Source of the DNA: Candidatus Kapaibacterium sp.
GTDB lineage: Bacteria; Bacteroidota; Ignavibacteria; Kapaibacteriales; UBA2268
Length of the DNA stretch: 64,000 bases
Direction of reading: 5' to 3'
NCBI GenBank assembly: GCA_963665665.1
Contig: OY762428.1
Location: 1,984,001 to 2,048,000 of the forward strand
In this document: positions 10,615 to 20,710 of the stretch, in pieces
How the letters are laid out: each line of letters begins with the position of its first letter
Numbering within the stretch: the first letter of the stretch is position 1
Made by a program: the position numbers and the translations under genes
The notes under the pieces: model-generated
Databases searched by the model: none
Seen by the model: the letters and a program-made list of their open reading frames with translations, nothing else
What the model was told of the DNA's origin: nothing

Positions 10615-12954
10615 ATGGAAAACTATAGGAAACAGATCATTAAAGAAAAGAAAACCTGCAATTGCAAACCTGAATGGCAAATAATTCTTGATCACCTTGT
10701 TTATCAGGATCAGATTTTGCTTTTCAGAATTTGCCGGAAAATGATCATTTACCTGAACAGGATAAATGTTCCTGAAATACAGGATATTATGGAAGGACTT
10801 AACCCGACTCTGAATACTCAGGATAATATACAGAGCTACGGCCCGAACTGGCCAAAGCCCAAGGGAGCCCCTTTTGTGGCTGATATAATGTTTGATAAAA
10901 TTTTCGGGATCGCGGACATCTATATCTCTGACAATGATATTTCCCGCCTTCTGCGTCAATGGATACACCAGGAACATCTCGGGGTTCTGTCCCGTGTTTT
11001 AGAAAAGAAAGACGCTCCTTTCAACGAGATCCAGGAAGCCGTTAAAAAGTATCTGAAACTATTCGGACCCAAAAACTACCAGTCAATAGATGAAATTGTC
11101 GGGCTGAGGGTAGGGCTTATTTCAAGGTTCCTGTCGGAAAATTTGAGATATATTAATATTGCAAAGCGCCATCTGCGAATCAAAGTAATGGATGAAATTC
11201 TGAACAGAACTATCGGCCCGGCTGCCGGGTACGGTAAGCTTGGCGGTAAAAGTGCAGGGCTTATACTTGCCAGACAGATACTACTCGATAAGAAAAAATA
11301 TAACCCCCTGCTTGAAAAGGTTGCCACGCCAAAAAGCAGGTTTATCACATCTGACAACCTTTCGGACTTCCTGCATTACAATGCCCTGGAAGAGTTCATT
11401 TATACTAAATACCAGGACGCTGAAGATATTAAAAATGAAGCTGCCTTTGTTGAATATATTTTTAAAAATTCAGTATTCCCGCCGGAAGCTATAAGTGCAT
11501 TCAAAATGATTCTTGATGATTTCGATGGCAAGCCAATAATTGTTCGTAGTTCAAGTTTGCTGGAAGACAGTTTCGATGCCTCATTCAGCGGAAAATACAA
11601 AAGCCTTTTCCTGTCGAATATCGGAACAAAGGAAGAAAGACTAACAGCCCTTGTAAATGCCATATCAGAAGTTTATGCATCTACTTTCGGGCCTGACCCG
11701 ATAGAATACCGCCATGAGCGCGGCCTGATAGATTTCAGGGAGGAAATGGGTATTCTCGTGCAGCAGGTTGTGGGCAGGAAAGTTGGAAAATACTACCTTC
11801 CGACCCATGCCGGCGTAGCATTTTCAAATAACGAGATGAGATGGTCAACAAGGATAAAACGTGAAGACGGAATTATCCGGCTGGTTGCAGGGCTTGGCAC
11901 AAGAGCCGTTGACCGGACGATAGATGATTATCCTTTGCTGGTATCCCCGGGCAAACCGAATATTAAAGCAAATACAAGCTATGAGCATACTGTTATGTAT
12001 TCCCAGAAATATGTGGATGTAATAAATCTGGAAACAAATAATTTCGAGACAATAGAATTCAGCGAACTTGTAAAAGAAGCCAAAGGGCAGATACCGGGAA
12101 TTGGCAAAATAGTATCATTTGATCGCGGTGGAATTATTGTTGATCCGATTACCAACCTGGCGGATTACGAAAAAGAAGACCTGGTGGTTACTTTCAATAA
12201 TCTGATCGGGAAAACCAATTTTATTACACAGATGAAAGAAATGCTTCGCGAATTAAGCGATGCAATAGGAGGGCCGGTGGATATTGAATTTGCTCATGAC
12301 GGAGAAAGGTTATACCTGCTGCAGTGCCGTCCGCAAAGCCAGTCAACTTACACGCGGGTTGAAAAACTTCCAGCCGGATACAAGGACAGGGATGTAATAT
12401 TTTCGGCAAATGAATTTGTAAATTCAGGATACGTTCCTGAAATACAATACCTGGTATATGTTGATCCTATCGAATATTCCAAGCTTCCGTCAGCCGAAGA
12501 TATGAAGGAAGTCGGGGCAATTGTCAGCCGATTAAATACTAATCTGCCGAAAAGAAAATTTGTTCTGATGGGGCCGGGACGCTGGGGCAGCAAAGGCGAT
12601 ATTAAACTCGGAGTACCGATTATTTACAGTGATATCAACAATACCTCTATGCTGATAGAGATTGGCAGGGAAAGCAAGGGCTATGTGCCGGAATTATCTT
12701 TTGGTACTCATTTCTTCCAGGACCTTGTGGAAGCTGATATTAAATACCTGCCTCTTTATCCTGATAAAAACGGTAATAAATTCGACTATGACTTTTTCCA
12801 GAATACCGAGAATTCATTACATAAATTTGTACCCGGTAAAGAAAGTTTCGATAAAGTGGTTCGTGTAATTGATACGGACGATGTAAAAATCGGAAAAGTA
12901 GTTAATGTTTATATGGACGGTGATAAAGGCGAAGCCCTGGCAATACTTGTATAG
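10615..12954 (+). CDS. PEP/pyruvate-binding (PPDK_N ATP-grasp) domain protein
   Basis: GKLGGKSAGL, IVRSSSLLED, FSGKY, EEMGILVQ, GLGTRAV, DIEFA, LLQCRP, GPGRWGS, FGTHFFQDLVE. Confidence 0.85.
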   Translation: MENYRKQIIKEKKTCNCKPEWQIILDHLVYQDQILLFRICRKMIIYLNRINVPEIQDIMEGLNPTLNTQDNIQSYGPNWPKPKGAPFVADIMFDKIFGIADIYISDNDISRLLRQWIHQEHLGVLSRVLEKKDAPFNEIQEAVKKYLKLFGPKNYQSIDEIVGLRVGLISRFLSENLRYINIAKRHLRIKVMDEILNRTIGPAAGYGKLGGKSAGLILARQILLDKKKYNPLLEKVATPKSRFITSDNLSDFLHYNALEEFIYTKYQDAEDIKNEAAFVEYIFKNSVFPPEAISAFKMILDDFDGKPIIVRSSSLLEDSFDASFSGKYKSLFLSNIGTKEERLTALVNAISEVYASTFGPDPIEYRHERGLIDFREEMGILVQQVVGRKVGKYYLPTHAGVAFSNNEMRWSTRIKREDGIIRLVAGLGTRAVDRTIDDYPLLVSPGKPNIKANTSYEHTVMYSQKYVDVINLETNNFETIEFSELVKEAKGQIPGIGKIVSFDRGGIIVDPITNLADYEKEDLVVTFNNLIGKTNFITQMKEMLRELSDAIGGPVDIEFAHDGERLYLLQCRPQSQSTYTRVEKLPAGYKDRDVIFSANEFVNSGYVPEIQYLVYVDPIEYSKLPSAEDMKEVGAIVSRLNTNLPKRKFVLMGPGRWGSKGDIKLGVPIIYSDINNTSMLIEIGRESKGYVPELSFGTHFFQDLVEADIKYLPLYPDKNGNKFDYDFFQNTENSLHKFVPGKESFDKVVRVIDTDDVKIGKVVNVYMDGDKGEALAILV

Positions 12955-13048
12955 TCTTTATCATTGTTTTTAGGTGCTGTCTTATTCGTTTGTAATTATT
13001 ACACCTGGAATGCCTCCCTATAAATCATGGAAGGCCGGGATATTAGTT

Positions 13049-13107
13049 TGAGCACATTGAAGGATCCATTCTTAAGCAATTTCTGATTGGAACGATGGAT
13101 TCTTCAG
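13049..13107. repeat. Degenerate copy of palindrome family 2
   Basis: GAAGGATCCATTCTTAA...TGGATTCTTCAG matches the core of 46775-46866. Confidence 0.55.
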
Positions 13108-13494
13108 TTGTTTTGTTTCGTAAGCCTGCCCGTGGTTTGTATGTGAATAACATCTGCCCTGTAAATTACTTAATGGTTATTAGCCTGTTTTCGTGTTTCA
13201 ACCAATAATGACAAATCGTAAAAATTCAGAATAAGGGTATCTCTCCCAGGGTTGGCCAATTGTAGGCAGAACAAATTGCATATTTTGATTATACACGGAA
13301 TTTATAGGAATTATTCAAAGCCTGAATATTTTTTTCGGATTTTTTAAAATTCAAAATACTATTAACCGTTTAATGTTTCAGTTTAATATGTTATTGCCTA
13401 AAGTTAGGCAAGCTAAAATTATATTCTGATATATTACAAAAATATTTGTAATTTTGTAATTCGTTGGTTTTACTAACTAATTTCTGAAGGTTCT

Positions 13495-14475
13495 ATGAGA
13501 GCAATTATTCCGGTAGCCGGCGCGGGAACAAGACTTAGGCCGCACACCTACACACTCCCGAAAGTATTACTTAATGTAGCAGGCAAACCTATTCTTGCAC
13601 ATATCCTTGATGCCCTGAATATAAGGGGTGTAAAAAAAGCAACGATCATCACCGGATACATGGGGCAACTGGTGGAGGATTTCGTCCGTGAACGTTACGA
13701 TATGGACGTGGAATTTGTTGAACAGCATGAAAGGCTCGGCCTTGGGCATGCTATATGGACTGCCAGGGAAACTTTCGAAGAAGAACCGCTTATGATAATT
13801 CTTGGCGATACAATTTTTGACGCCGATCTTACACTTGCTCTTAAATCAGGGCTTAGCTCCCTTGGTGTGAAGGAAGTTGAAGATCCGAGAAGGTTCGGTG
13901 TTGTGGTTCCCTCCGAGGATGGATATATCTCGAAACTGGTGGAAAAACCCCAGGAAATTATTTCAAAGATGGCGCTTGTAGGTATTTATTATATTAAAAA
14001 TCCTGCTGTTCTTACAGAAAGCCTCGATGAAATGATTAAAAAAGATATCCGCACAAAAAACGAATACCAATTGACTGACGCGCTTCAGCTTATGATAGAT
14101 AAAGGCGAAAAATTCACAACCTTCCCGGTTGACGGATGGTATGACTGCGGTAAGCCGGAAACCCTGCTTTCAACTAACCGCTTTCTTCTTGATCATTCTC
14201 CAAAAGAAAGAAAATTCAAAGATGCTGTTATTATACCGCCGGTTTATATTGCTGACGATGCTAAAGTTGAACGTTCCGTAGTTGGCCCTTATGCTACAGT
14301 AGCCAGTGGAGCCAATGTTTCGGACAGCATTGTAAGGAATTCAATAATCAGCGATAAAGCTCACGTGTCTTCTATGGTATTACAGAATTCAATAATTGGA
14401 AACGGAGCCTCTGTTGAAGGCCATTTCAACAGCTTCAATGTCGGCTCATTAAGCGAGATAAAACAATCAGGTTAA
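13495..14475 (+). CDS. Sugar-phosphate nucleotidyltransferase (glucose-1-phosphate thymidylyltransferase, long form)
   Basis: AGAGTRLRP, LPKVLL, EKP, WYDCGKPE; C-terminal left-handed beta-helix repeats. Confidence 0.88.
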   Translation: MRAIIPVAGAGTRLRPHTYTLPKVLLNVAGKPILAHILDALNIRGVKKATIITGYMGQLVEDFVRERYDMDVEFVEQHERLGLGHAIWTARETFEEEPLMIILGDTIFDADLTLALKSGLSSLGVKEVEDPRRFGVVVPSEDGYISKLVEKPQEIISKMALVGIYYIKNPAVLTESLDEMIKKDIRTKNEYQLTDALQLMIDKGEKFTTFPVDGWYDCGKPETLLSTNRFLLDHSPKERKFKDAVIIPPVYIADDAKVERSVVGPYATVASGANVSDSIVRNSIISDKAHVSSMVLQNSIIGNGASVEGHFNSFNVGSLSEIKQSG

Positions 14476-14499
14476 TTTATAGATTTATATCAGGTTATA

Positions 14500-15645
14500 A
14501 TGGATAAGAACACATATTATTTTACATCGGAATCAGTTTCCGAAGGCCACCCGGATAAAGTTTGTGACCAGGTGTCGGATGCTGTTCTTGATGCGATGCT
14601 AAAGGATGATCCGGCAAGCCGCGTAGCATGCGAATGCTTTGCTACAACAGGAATGATATTGATTGGCGGAGAAATTTCAACACAAACATATTGCGACTTG
14701 CAGCAGCTTACAAGAAATGTTATAAAAGATATTGGTTATACAAGGGGTGTTTACAGGTTCGAAGCGGAATCAGCCGCTGTTGTAAACGTTATTAATCATC
14801 AGAGTCCTGATATTGCCCAGGGCGTTGATATTGGCGGCGCAGGCGATCAGGGTATGATGTTCGGTTATGCATGTACCGAAACTGAGGAACTTATGCCAGC
14901 GCCAATAATGTATGCTCATAAACTCGTTAAGAAACTTGCTGATATCAGGAAAACAACAAAAGATATTTCTTACCTCAGGCCGGATGCAAAATCACAGGTT
15001 ACACTGGAATATTCTGATTCAGGTGAAATTTTAAGAGCTGATACAGTTGTTATTTCCACTCAGCATGACGGCGGGATAACCAACGATACTATCCGTGAAG
15101 ATATGATAGAAAAAGTAATCAAAAACGTGATCCCCTCTAATTTGTTAGATGAAAAAACAAAGTATCATATCAATCCTACCGGTAAATTTGAAATTGGCGG
15201 CCCTCACGGTGATACCGGCCTTACCGGACGCAAGATAATTGTTGATACATACGGTGGACGCGCTCCTCATGGCGGCGGTGCTTTTTCGGGCAAAGATCCT
15301 TCCAAAGTTGATCGCTCGGCTGCTTATGCAGCAAGATACCTTGCCAAGAATATTGTGGCTGCCGGACTTACCAGTGAGTGTACAATTCAGCTTTCTTATG
15401 CTATAGGCGTGGAACAGCCAGTGTCTGTTCACGTTGATACTCATGGGAAAAGCGAAATTCCAGGTTACAAAATTGCTGATTTCATAATGAAAGAAATTGA
15501 CCTTACACCAAAAGGAATTATTACTACGTTAGATCTGCTCAGGCCGGTTTATCGTGCAACGGCAGCTTACGGGCATTTCGGAAGGCAGGAATTCAGTTGG
15601 GAAAAAACTGACCTGGTTGACAAATTCAGAACGATCAATGGTTAA
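14500..15645 (+). CDS. metK: S-adenosylmethionine synthetase
   Basis: [49 protein letters not shown]. Confidence 0.98.
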   Translation: MDKNTYYFTSESVSEGHPDKVCDQVSDAVLDAMLKDDPASRVACECFATTGMILIGGEISTQTYCDLQQLTRNVIKDIGYTRGVYRFEAESAAVVNVINHQSPDIAQGVDIGGAGDQGMMFGYACTETEELMPAPIMYAHKLVKKLADIRKTTKDISYLRPDAKSQVTLEYSDSGEILRADTVVISTQHDGGITNDTIREDMIEKVIKNVIPSNLLDEKTKYHINPTGKFEIGGPHGDTGLTGRKIIVDTYGGRAPHGGGAFSGKDPSKVDRSAAYAARYLAKNIVAAGLTSECTIQLSYAIGVEQPVSVHVDTHGKSEIPGYKIADFIMKEIDLTPKGIITTLDLLRPVYRATAAYGHFGRQEFSWEKTDLVDKFRTING

Positions 15646-15683
15646 TAATATAGTTTATAGTTTTTTATATCAAGGATTTAGAA

Positions 15684-16997
15684 ATGGCAGAATATCCCCC
15701 AAAAAAAGCACAGGGAAAATTTGACGAAAAACCCGGAGTTTATTGTGTAAAAGACCTCGGGCAGGCAGAAGAAGGAAAAAAATTAATTGACTGGGCAGAA
15801 TCAAGAATGCCTGTTCTGATGTCGCTCAGGGAAAAATACAAAGAAACAAAGCCTTTCAAAGGTTATAAAGTATCCGGTTGCCTTCATGTAACAAAGGAAA
15901 CAGCCGTACTTATCAAAACATTCCAGGAAGCAGGCGCTGAAGTTTCATGGTCAGGATGTAACCCGCTTTCAACAAATGATGCCGTTGCTGCTGCTCTTGC
16001 AGCAGATGGTACTTCAATTTATGCATGGTATGACAATGGCGAGGACTTTTACTGGTGTATCGAACGTACAATCGACACTCCTCCGCACCTGACTCTTGAT
16101 GACGGTTGCGACCTTATCAACACTGTTCATGAAGACCATATTGATATGGCTAAAAACTTTGTAGTTGGCGGTACAGAAGAAACAACAACTGGTATCCAGC
16201 GCCTTCGCGCCAGGGCTTCTGCCGGTAAACTTTACTATCCTGTTTATGCTGTTAACGATGCCGAAACAAAATGGGATTTTGATAATGTATATGGTACAGG
16301 CCAGTCCACTCTTGACGGTATCATGCGTGCTACATCAATCCTTTTTGCAGGTAAAACAGTAGTTGTTGCCGGACACGGCCACTGCGGTTCGGGTGTTGCC
16401 AAAAGGGCAAAGGGCCTTGGAGCAAACACAATCATTACAGAAGTTAAAGCAACTGCCGCTATCAAAGGTACACTTGAAGGCCACGAAGTAATGAAAATGG
16501 ACGAAGCTGCCAAGCACGGCGATGTTTTCGTTACAGCAACCGGCGTGAAAGATGTTATCCGCAAACAGCACTTCGAATCAATGAAAGACGGCGCTATTAT
16601 TTGCAATACAGGCCATTACGATGCGGAAATCAATATTCCCGAACTTGAGGAAGTATCTGTTTCCAAACGTACAATCAGGCCGAATTGCGAAGAATATACT
16701 CTGAAAAACGGCAGAAAAGTTTATCTGCTTGCACAGGGACGCCTTATCAACCTGGCAGCTGCCGAAGGACACCCGTCAGAAGTTATGGATATGAGCTTTG
16801 CTAATCAGTTCATGTCTCACCTCAGGCTGGTAGAAGCACACAAGGCAGGCAACAAACTTCCGAATGAAGTGCTTGATTTACCGGAAGAACAGGATCAGTA
16901 TATTGCAGGAACAAAACTTGATGCAATGCTGATGAACATTGACGAACTTACAGAAGAGCAGAAGAAATATATCACCGACTACAACGCTGGCACATAA
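15684..16997 (+). CDS. ahcY: S-adenosylhomocysteine hydrolase
   Basis: CLHVTKET, CNPLST, EETTTG, VNDAETK, DNVYGTGQS, NLAAAEGHPSEVMDMSF. Confidence 0.96.
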   Translation: MAEYPPKKAQGKFDEKPGVYCVKDLGQAEEGKKLIDWAESRMPVLMSLREKYKETKPFKGYKVSGCLHVTKETAVLIKTFQEAGAEVSWSGCNPLSTNDAVAAALAADGTSIYAWYDNGEDFYWCIERTIDTPPHLTLDDGCDLINTVHEDHIDMAKNFVVGGTEETTTGIQRLRARASAGKLYYPVYAVNDAETKWDFDNVYGTGQSTLDGIMRATSILFAGKTVVVAGHGHCGSGVAKRAKGLGANTIITEVKATAAIKGTLEGHEVMKMDEAAKHGDVFVTATGVKDVIRKQHFESMKDGAIICNTGHYDAEINIPELEEVSVSKRTIRPNCEEYTLKNGRKVYLLAQGRLINLAAAEGHPSEVMDMSFANQFMSHLRLVEAHKAGNKLPNEVLDLPEEQDQYIAGTKLDAMLMNIDELTEEQKKYITDYNAGT

Positions 16998-17020
16998 TTT
17001 CCAATAGCTCGTATTATTTT

Positions 17021-17055
17021 AACTCATCCGATGACTTGAAGTCATCAGATGAGTT
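17021..17055. repeat. REP-like palindrome/terminator, family 1
   Basis: AACTCATCCGATGACTTGAAGTCATCAGATGAGTT between convergent ahcY and a T9SS gene. Confidence 0.8.
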
Positions 17056-17069
17056 TTCTTATTCTCTTT

Positions 17070-19517
17070 CTACTTCTCCACCACTATCGGAATACTGTCC
17101 GTGATGCCGTTGTGACGGACGAGTATGAAATAAATGCCCGAGGGTACTGCCGAGCAGTTCCAGATGAATTCAGCCGAGGCTTTGTTTAGGTGGTTGACTT
17201 TAATATTTTCTTTTCCCTGAACTTTCTCGCCGGATAGATCGTAAACGCCCATAATTGATTCTTCAAGATCGAAGCTCATATCGTAGGATATCAGGGTTTT
17301 TATCAGGTTGCGGCCCGGCAAGGGATATGGATTCCCTGCATAGAAATGATTAGTGTAGTAAAGCTTTTCGGCTTGTATTTCAACCCCGACCGGGGCGTGT
17401 TCTTCTGTCATCATGCGGTAGTAGTTGAAGGGGCGCAGGCTGTCACTTAGCCCGACGAGAGACACATTGCCCTTGCATATAACGGAAGAAAATGTCGGGC
17501 GGCCATAATCCCAAGGGGCGTCCTCCCATTTCGTCAGGTCGTTTCGGTCAGTATTTTCAAGGAAAAGCTCCTCGCCGAGAATGTAGAACTTCCCGCTAAG
17601 TTCCATAAAGAAAATGCTGTCCAGCTCAGCGTTTTCGTAAAGATTATCGAATGTATTGCGTTTCCTGTCGTACATCAGTATTCGCGCGGGATATGTAGCT
17701 GCAAAGAAAACAGAATCCTTGTTCAGTTCGTATATCTGCTTAACGGCTAACGAATCCTCGATTTTGCAAATAGATGTTTTTGTTTTGCCGCTGTCATTAG
17801 TTTCAAAAACCTCGAAACTCGTAAAATTATGATACCTGTCTTCCTTTACCGAGCAAAACATAAGGAAATTCTCAAATTCTTCAGCCAGAATATGATGAAC
17901 ATAGAATAGAGAATCATAAGTTATATACCTGAAATTTTCAAAATTTTTATCAGTAAAGTAAAACATTGTGCCTGATTTTTCATATGAGTCTGTACAAATA
18001 AACATATAATTATTATTTATTTCAATAACATTGCTACCTTTTGCAAGTTTGTTTGAATTGCTGGAATAGAAATTATTTAATGAAAGTAATTTAAAAGTAC
18101 GTCCGGCATCCTGTGTAATTGCTATATTATTTTTATCTGTATCAACAACTTTTTCAAACCCAATAAAACCACTACCATCACTGCTAAAGTGCTTTACAAT
18201 CGGACCTAAATTCCATGATAGTAAACTATTGCTGGTATCTGACAAATAAGTAGGCTTAAATGAATTGCCATAATTGTAGCTGCTGTTTATCTCATTATAA
18301 TTTGATTTCGAATATCCACTTCCAAAATTAATATCATTATAAAATATATAAACAGAATCATTAATAATTTTTTCAGGAACTCCCGATAAAAAGGACAAAA
18401 GAGACCAGTTAGCACCTTTATCTGCCGAAATCATAAGCGAACGACTCATACCTGCTTTTACATATATTCCATTCTTTAATATATTACACTTTTTTGTAAA
18501 CAAGCCTGACGAAAGATCGTAACAACCTTTGTTTTCTGCTCCAATTGTTTGGTATTTATTTATATAATGCTTATTGATTAATTTGAAAGTGTCTTTAGGT
18601 ATTTCGCTATATATTTTTATCAGCATATTTGTTGATCCTTGGTCGTTGCCTTCCAGACTTACTCCATATAGATCTTCGTTATCAGTAAAATAAGTATTGT
18701 CATTAATCCAACGCTTAAGATATATCAATGAATCACTTCGATTCATGAACAGACTGTCCTGGAAAAAGAAATTCCAATTATTGTAATCATCGCTCATTCT
18801 GTATAAATTGCCTCCGATATTAAATATATTTTCATCCTTTATTTTATAAATATCATTCAGATTATAATATTCCGGATTGGTGGTATATACTTTCCCCTTC
18901 ATATTTATCATTTTGAAATTCTCAAGCTCTGATGTTAGTTTTGCAAAACCGTTGTTTTCTGATATAAGGTCTATTAGCAAATCGTTTTTTAATAAAAATA
19001 TATTCGAAACCGAATAATTTTCATAATATACTTTGGGCTTGTAATAGAATGAATCAATTTTGCTCTCAATTATTACGTTTTCAAAATGATTAATCAAATT
19101 CATATCTTTATCATAACGCAGAATACTTTTCAAACTTCTAACATAAACAAAATTGTCAGATATAATAATATTTATTAGTCGGTTTGAAGTATCAATCAAA
19201 ACATTAAACTGTTCCCAATTTAAGCCATTATTAACCGATCTGATAACATTACCGTAATTTACTACTCCCCACAAGGTATCATTATAATTAACAATTTTAT
19301 TAATCTGCCCTCTCTGAGCGATACATTTTTGCCTCCAGCTTTGCCCTTTATCGGTTGAAAGCAGGTAAGCCCCGTTAGTCCCGTAAGAAATAATGTTATC
19401 CCCCGCTCCAACGGCCCCGAGATAATGAATTTTCAGCGGCATCAGGTTGAAAGTTTCGGAATATGAATAAGTAAAGCAATTGAAAGTAATGATTAAAATA
19501 ATAGAAAAATATTTCAT
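17070..19517 (-). CDS. T9SS-secreted beta-propeller-like protein
   Basis: Signal peptide; STDKGQSW, SVNNGLNW, SADKGANW BNR motifs; CTD NPYPLP...SGIYFILV...IPIVVEK. Confidence 0.85.
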   Translation of the reverse strand: MKYFSIILIITFNCFTYSYSETFNLMPLKIHYLGAVGAGDNIISYGTNGAYLLSTDKGQSWRQKCIAQRGQINKIVNYNDTLWGVVNYGNVIRSVNNGLNWEQFNVLIDTSNRLINIIISDNFVYVRSLKSILRYDKDMNLINHFENVIIESKIDSFYYKPKVYYENYSVSNIFLLKNDLLIDLISENNGFAKLTSELENFKMINMKGKVYTTNPEYYNLNDIYKIKDENIFNIGGNLYRMSDDYNNWNFFFQDSLFMNRSDSLIYLKRWINDNTYFTDNEDLYGVSLEGNDQGSTNMLIKIYSEIPKDTFKLINKHYINKYQTIGAENKGCYDLSSGLFTKKCNILKNGIYVKAGMSRSLMISADKGANWSLLSFLSGVPEKIINDSVYIFYNDINFGSGYSKSNYNEINSSYNYGNSFKPTYLSDTSNSLLSWNLGPIVKHFSSDGSGFIGFEKVVDTDKNNIAITQDAGRTFKLLSLNNFYSSNSNKLAKGSNVIEINNNYMFICTDSYEKSGTMFYFTDKNFENFRYITYDSLFYVHHILAEEFENFLMFCSVKEDRYHNFTSFEVFETNDSGKTKTSICKIEDSLAVKQIYELNKDSVFFAATYPARILMYDRKRNTFDNLYENAELDSIFFMELSGKFYILGEELFLENTDRNDLTKWEDAPWDYGRPTFSSVICKGNVSLVGLSDSLRPFNYYRMMTEEHAPVGVEIQAEKLYYTNHFYAGNPYPLPGRNLIKTLISYDMSFDLEESIMGVYDLSGEKVQGKENIKVNHLNKASAEFIWNCSAVPSGIYFILVRHNGITDSIPIVVEK

Positions 19518-19607
19518 GATTAATCCTAAATAAGAATAAAATATTTATTATCAATAAAATTATCGAAGGATTGGAAAAATCCAATCCTCCATATTAAAAA
19601 ATACTAC

Positions 19608-20252
19608 TTATTCACAATGACTTATGACACCACGTACTTTTGAACATAAGATAGACCATGGTTTTGAACTGTATTCATATCCAGGAACTCCATCTCCATA
19701 TGGTTCTTTTACACATTCACCATTACCAGTTAAATAAGTATAATTCCAAGTTATAACGGGATGTGGCACACAATCTGGATCAGTATCGCAATCAGGGGTG
19801 CAATTACACATACATATTGTTAAATTTAAAGTACACCTTAAGTCACATGTTTCGCTTCTTGTATAATTCAAATACGTACCATTCCAAAATATGTCATAAC
19901 AAACGGGATCAGTAATTTCCAGAGTTAGTGAACCCTGATCGCATGGTTGCAACCCACAAAAATCGCCATGATTGTTATAAATGTAATTATACGTCGCATC
20001 CCAAATGGCATCTTCATATCCTGGACATACGTTGTTAACCGCCAAAATTTCAACTTTTGTAAAGAAATTGCCTGTTGGGCTACATGTGTAGCAAACAACT
20101 ACTTCTGCATCAGGACAACCAGGGACAAAATCTCCCACTGGTAAAGTTGTACAAATCCCAGGTGTAAGACAAGCCGCGCATGGATCCTGTGCCTGGCTTA
20201 AACTAAACGAAAATACTAATACTGCTATTACTAAAAATATTGTCTTTTTCAT
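19608..20252 (-). CDS. Secreted cysteine-rich protein (20 Cys), unknown function
   Basis: Sec signal MKKTIFLVIAVLVFSFSLSQA; 20 Cys in ~190 mature residues; co-oriented upstream of the T9SS gene. Confidence 0.8.
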   Translation of the reverse strand: MKKTIFLVIAVLVFSFSLSQAQDPCAACLTPGICTTLPVGDFVPGCPDAEVVVCYTCSPTGNFFTKVEILAVNNVCPGYEDAIWDATYNYIYNNHGDFCGLQPCDQGSLTLEITDPVCYDIFWNGTYLNYTRSETCDLRCTLNLTICMCNCTPDCDTDPDCVPHPVITWNYTYLTGNGECVKEPYGDGVPGYEYSSKPWSILCSKVRGVISHCE

Positions 20253-20482
20253 ATATCACACTATTTTGTTATTTTTACATTTTTTGAAAATTTCATTGCA
20301 TTTACTGCAAAGCAATACAGCAAACGTAAGAGCGTCTGAAAAACAAGGCACATTGTCCTCTAATATTCCTTTGCTTGGACGTAGAGTCAATGTGGGGTCG
20401 GGGCTTTCCCCGGCCTTTTTATTATTGCTGTCATGGGGATAATTTTTGTTACGGGCTTCTGTTCATCTCAACCTCCAATAAT

Positions 20483-20574
20483 ATTGGCTTAATAAAAGCA
20501 TTGGCTTAATAAAAGCATTGGCTTAATAAAAGCATTGGCTTAATAAAAGCATTGGCTTAATAAAAGCATTGGCT
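20483..20574. repeat. Perfect 17-bp tandem repeat (ATTGGCTTAATAAAAGC) x5.4
   Basis: Five exact units at 20483, 20500, 20517, 20534, 20551 plus a partial unit. Confidence 0.97.
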
Positions 20575-20631
20575 CCACTGTTTTCAATTTGAAATATAAC
20601 TTTGGATAAAGTTAATTAAAAGAAAATAAAA

Positions 20632-20673
20632 AAGCAAGAAAAAAAATCAATAATCTTAATTATTTTTCACAAG
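20632..20673 (-). promoter_or_regulatory. Conserved upstream element with TTGCTT -35 (TAACTT -10 follows after 17 nt)
   Basis: Near copy of 10267-10306. Confidence 0.6.
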
Positions 20674-20710
20674 TATTTCTATTTTTATAACTATATTACT
20701 TGTCAGGATA

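Noticed and set aside
12960-13494. SAM/SAH riboswitch upstream of the metK-ahcY operon
   Set aside because: No recognisable SAM-I, SAM-II or SAH core by eye; the visible structure is a decayed family-2 palindrome.
20483-20574. CRISPR array
   Set aside because: Contiguous 17-bp units with no spacers; no cas genes in the window.
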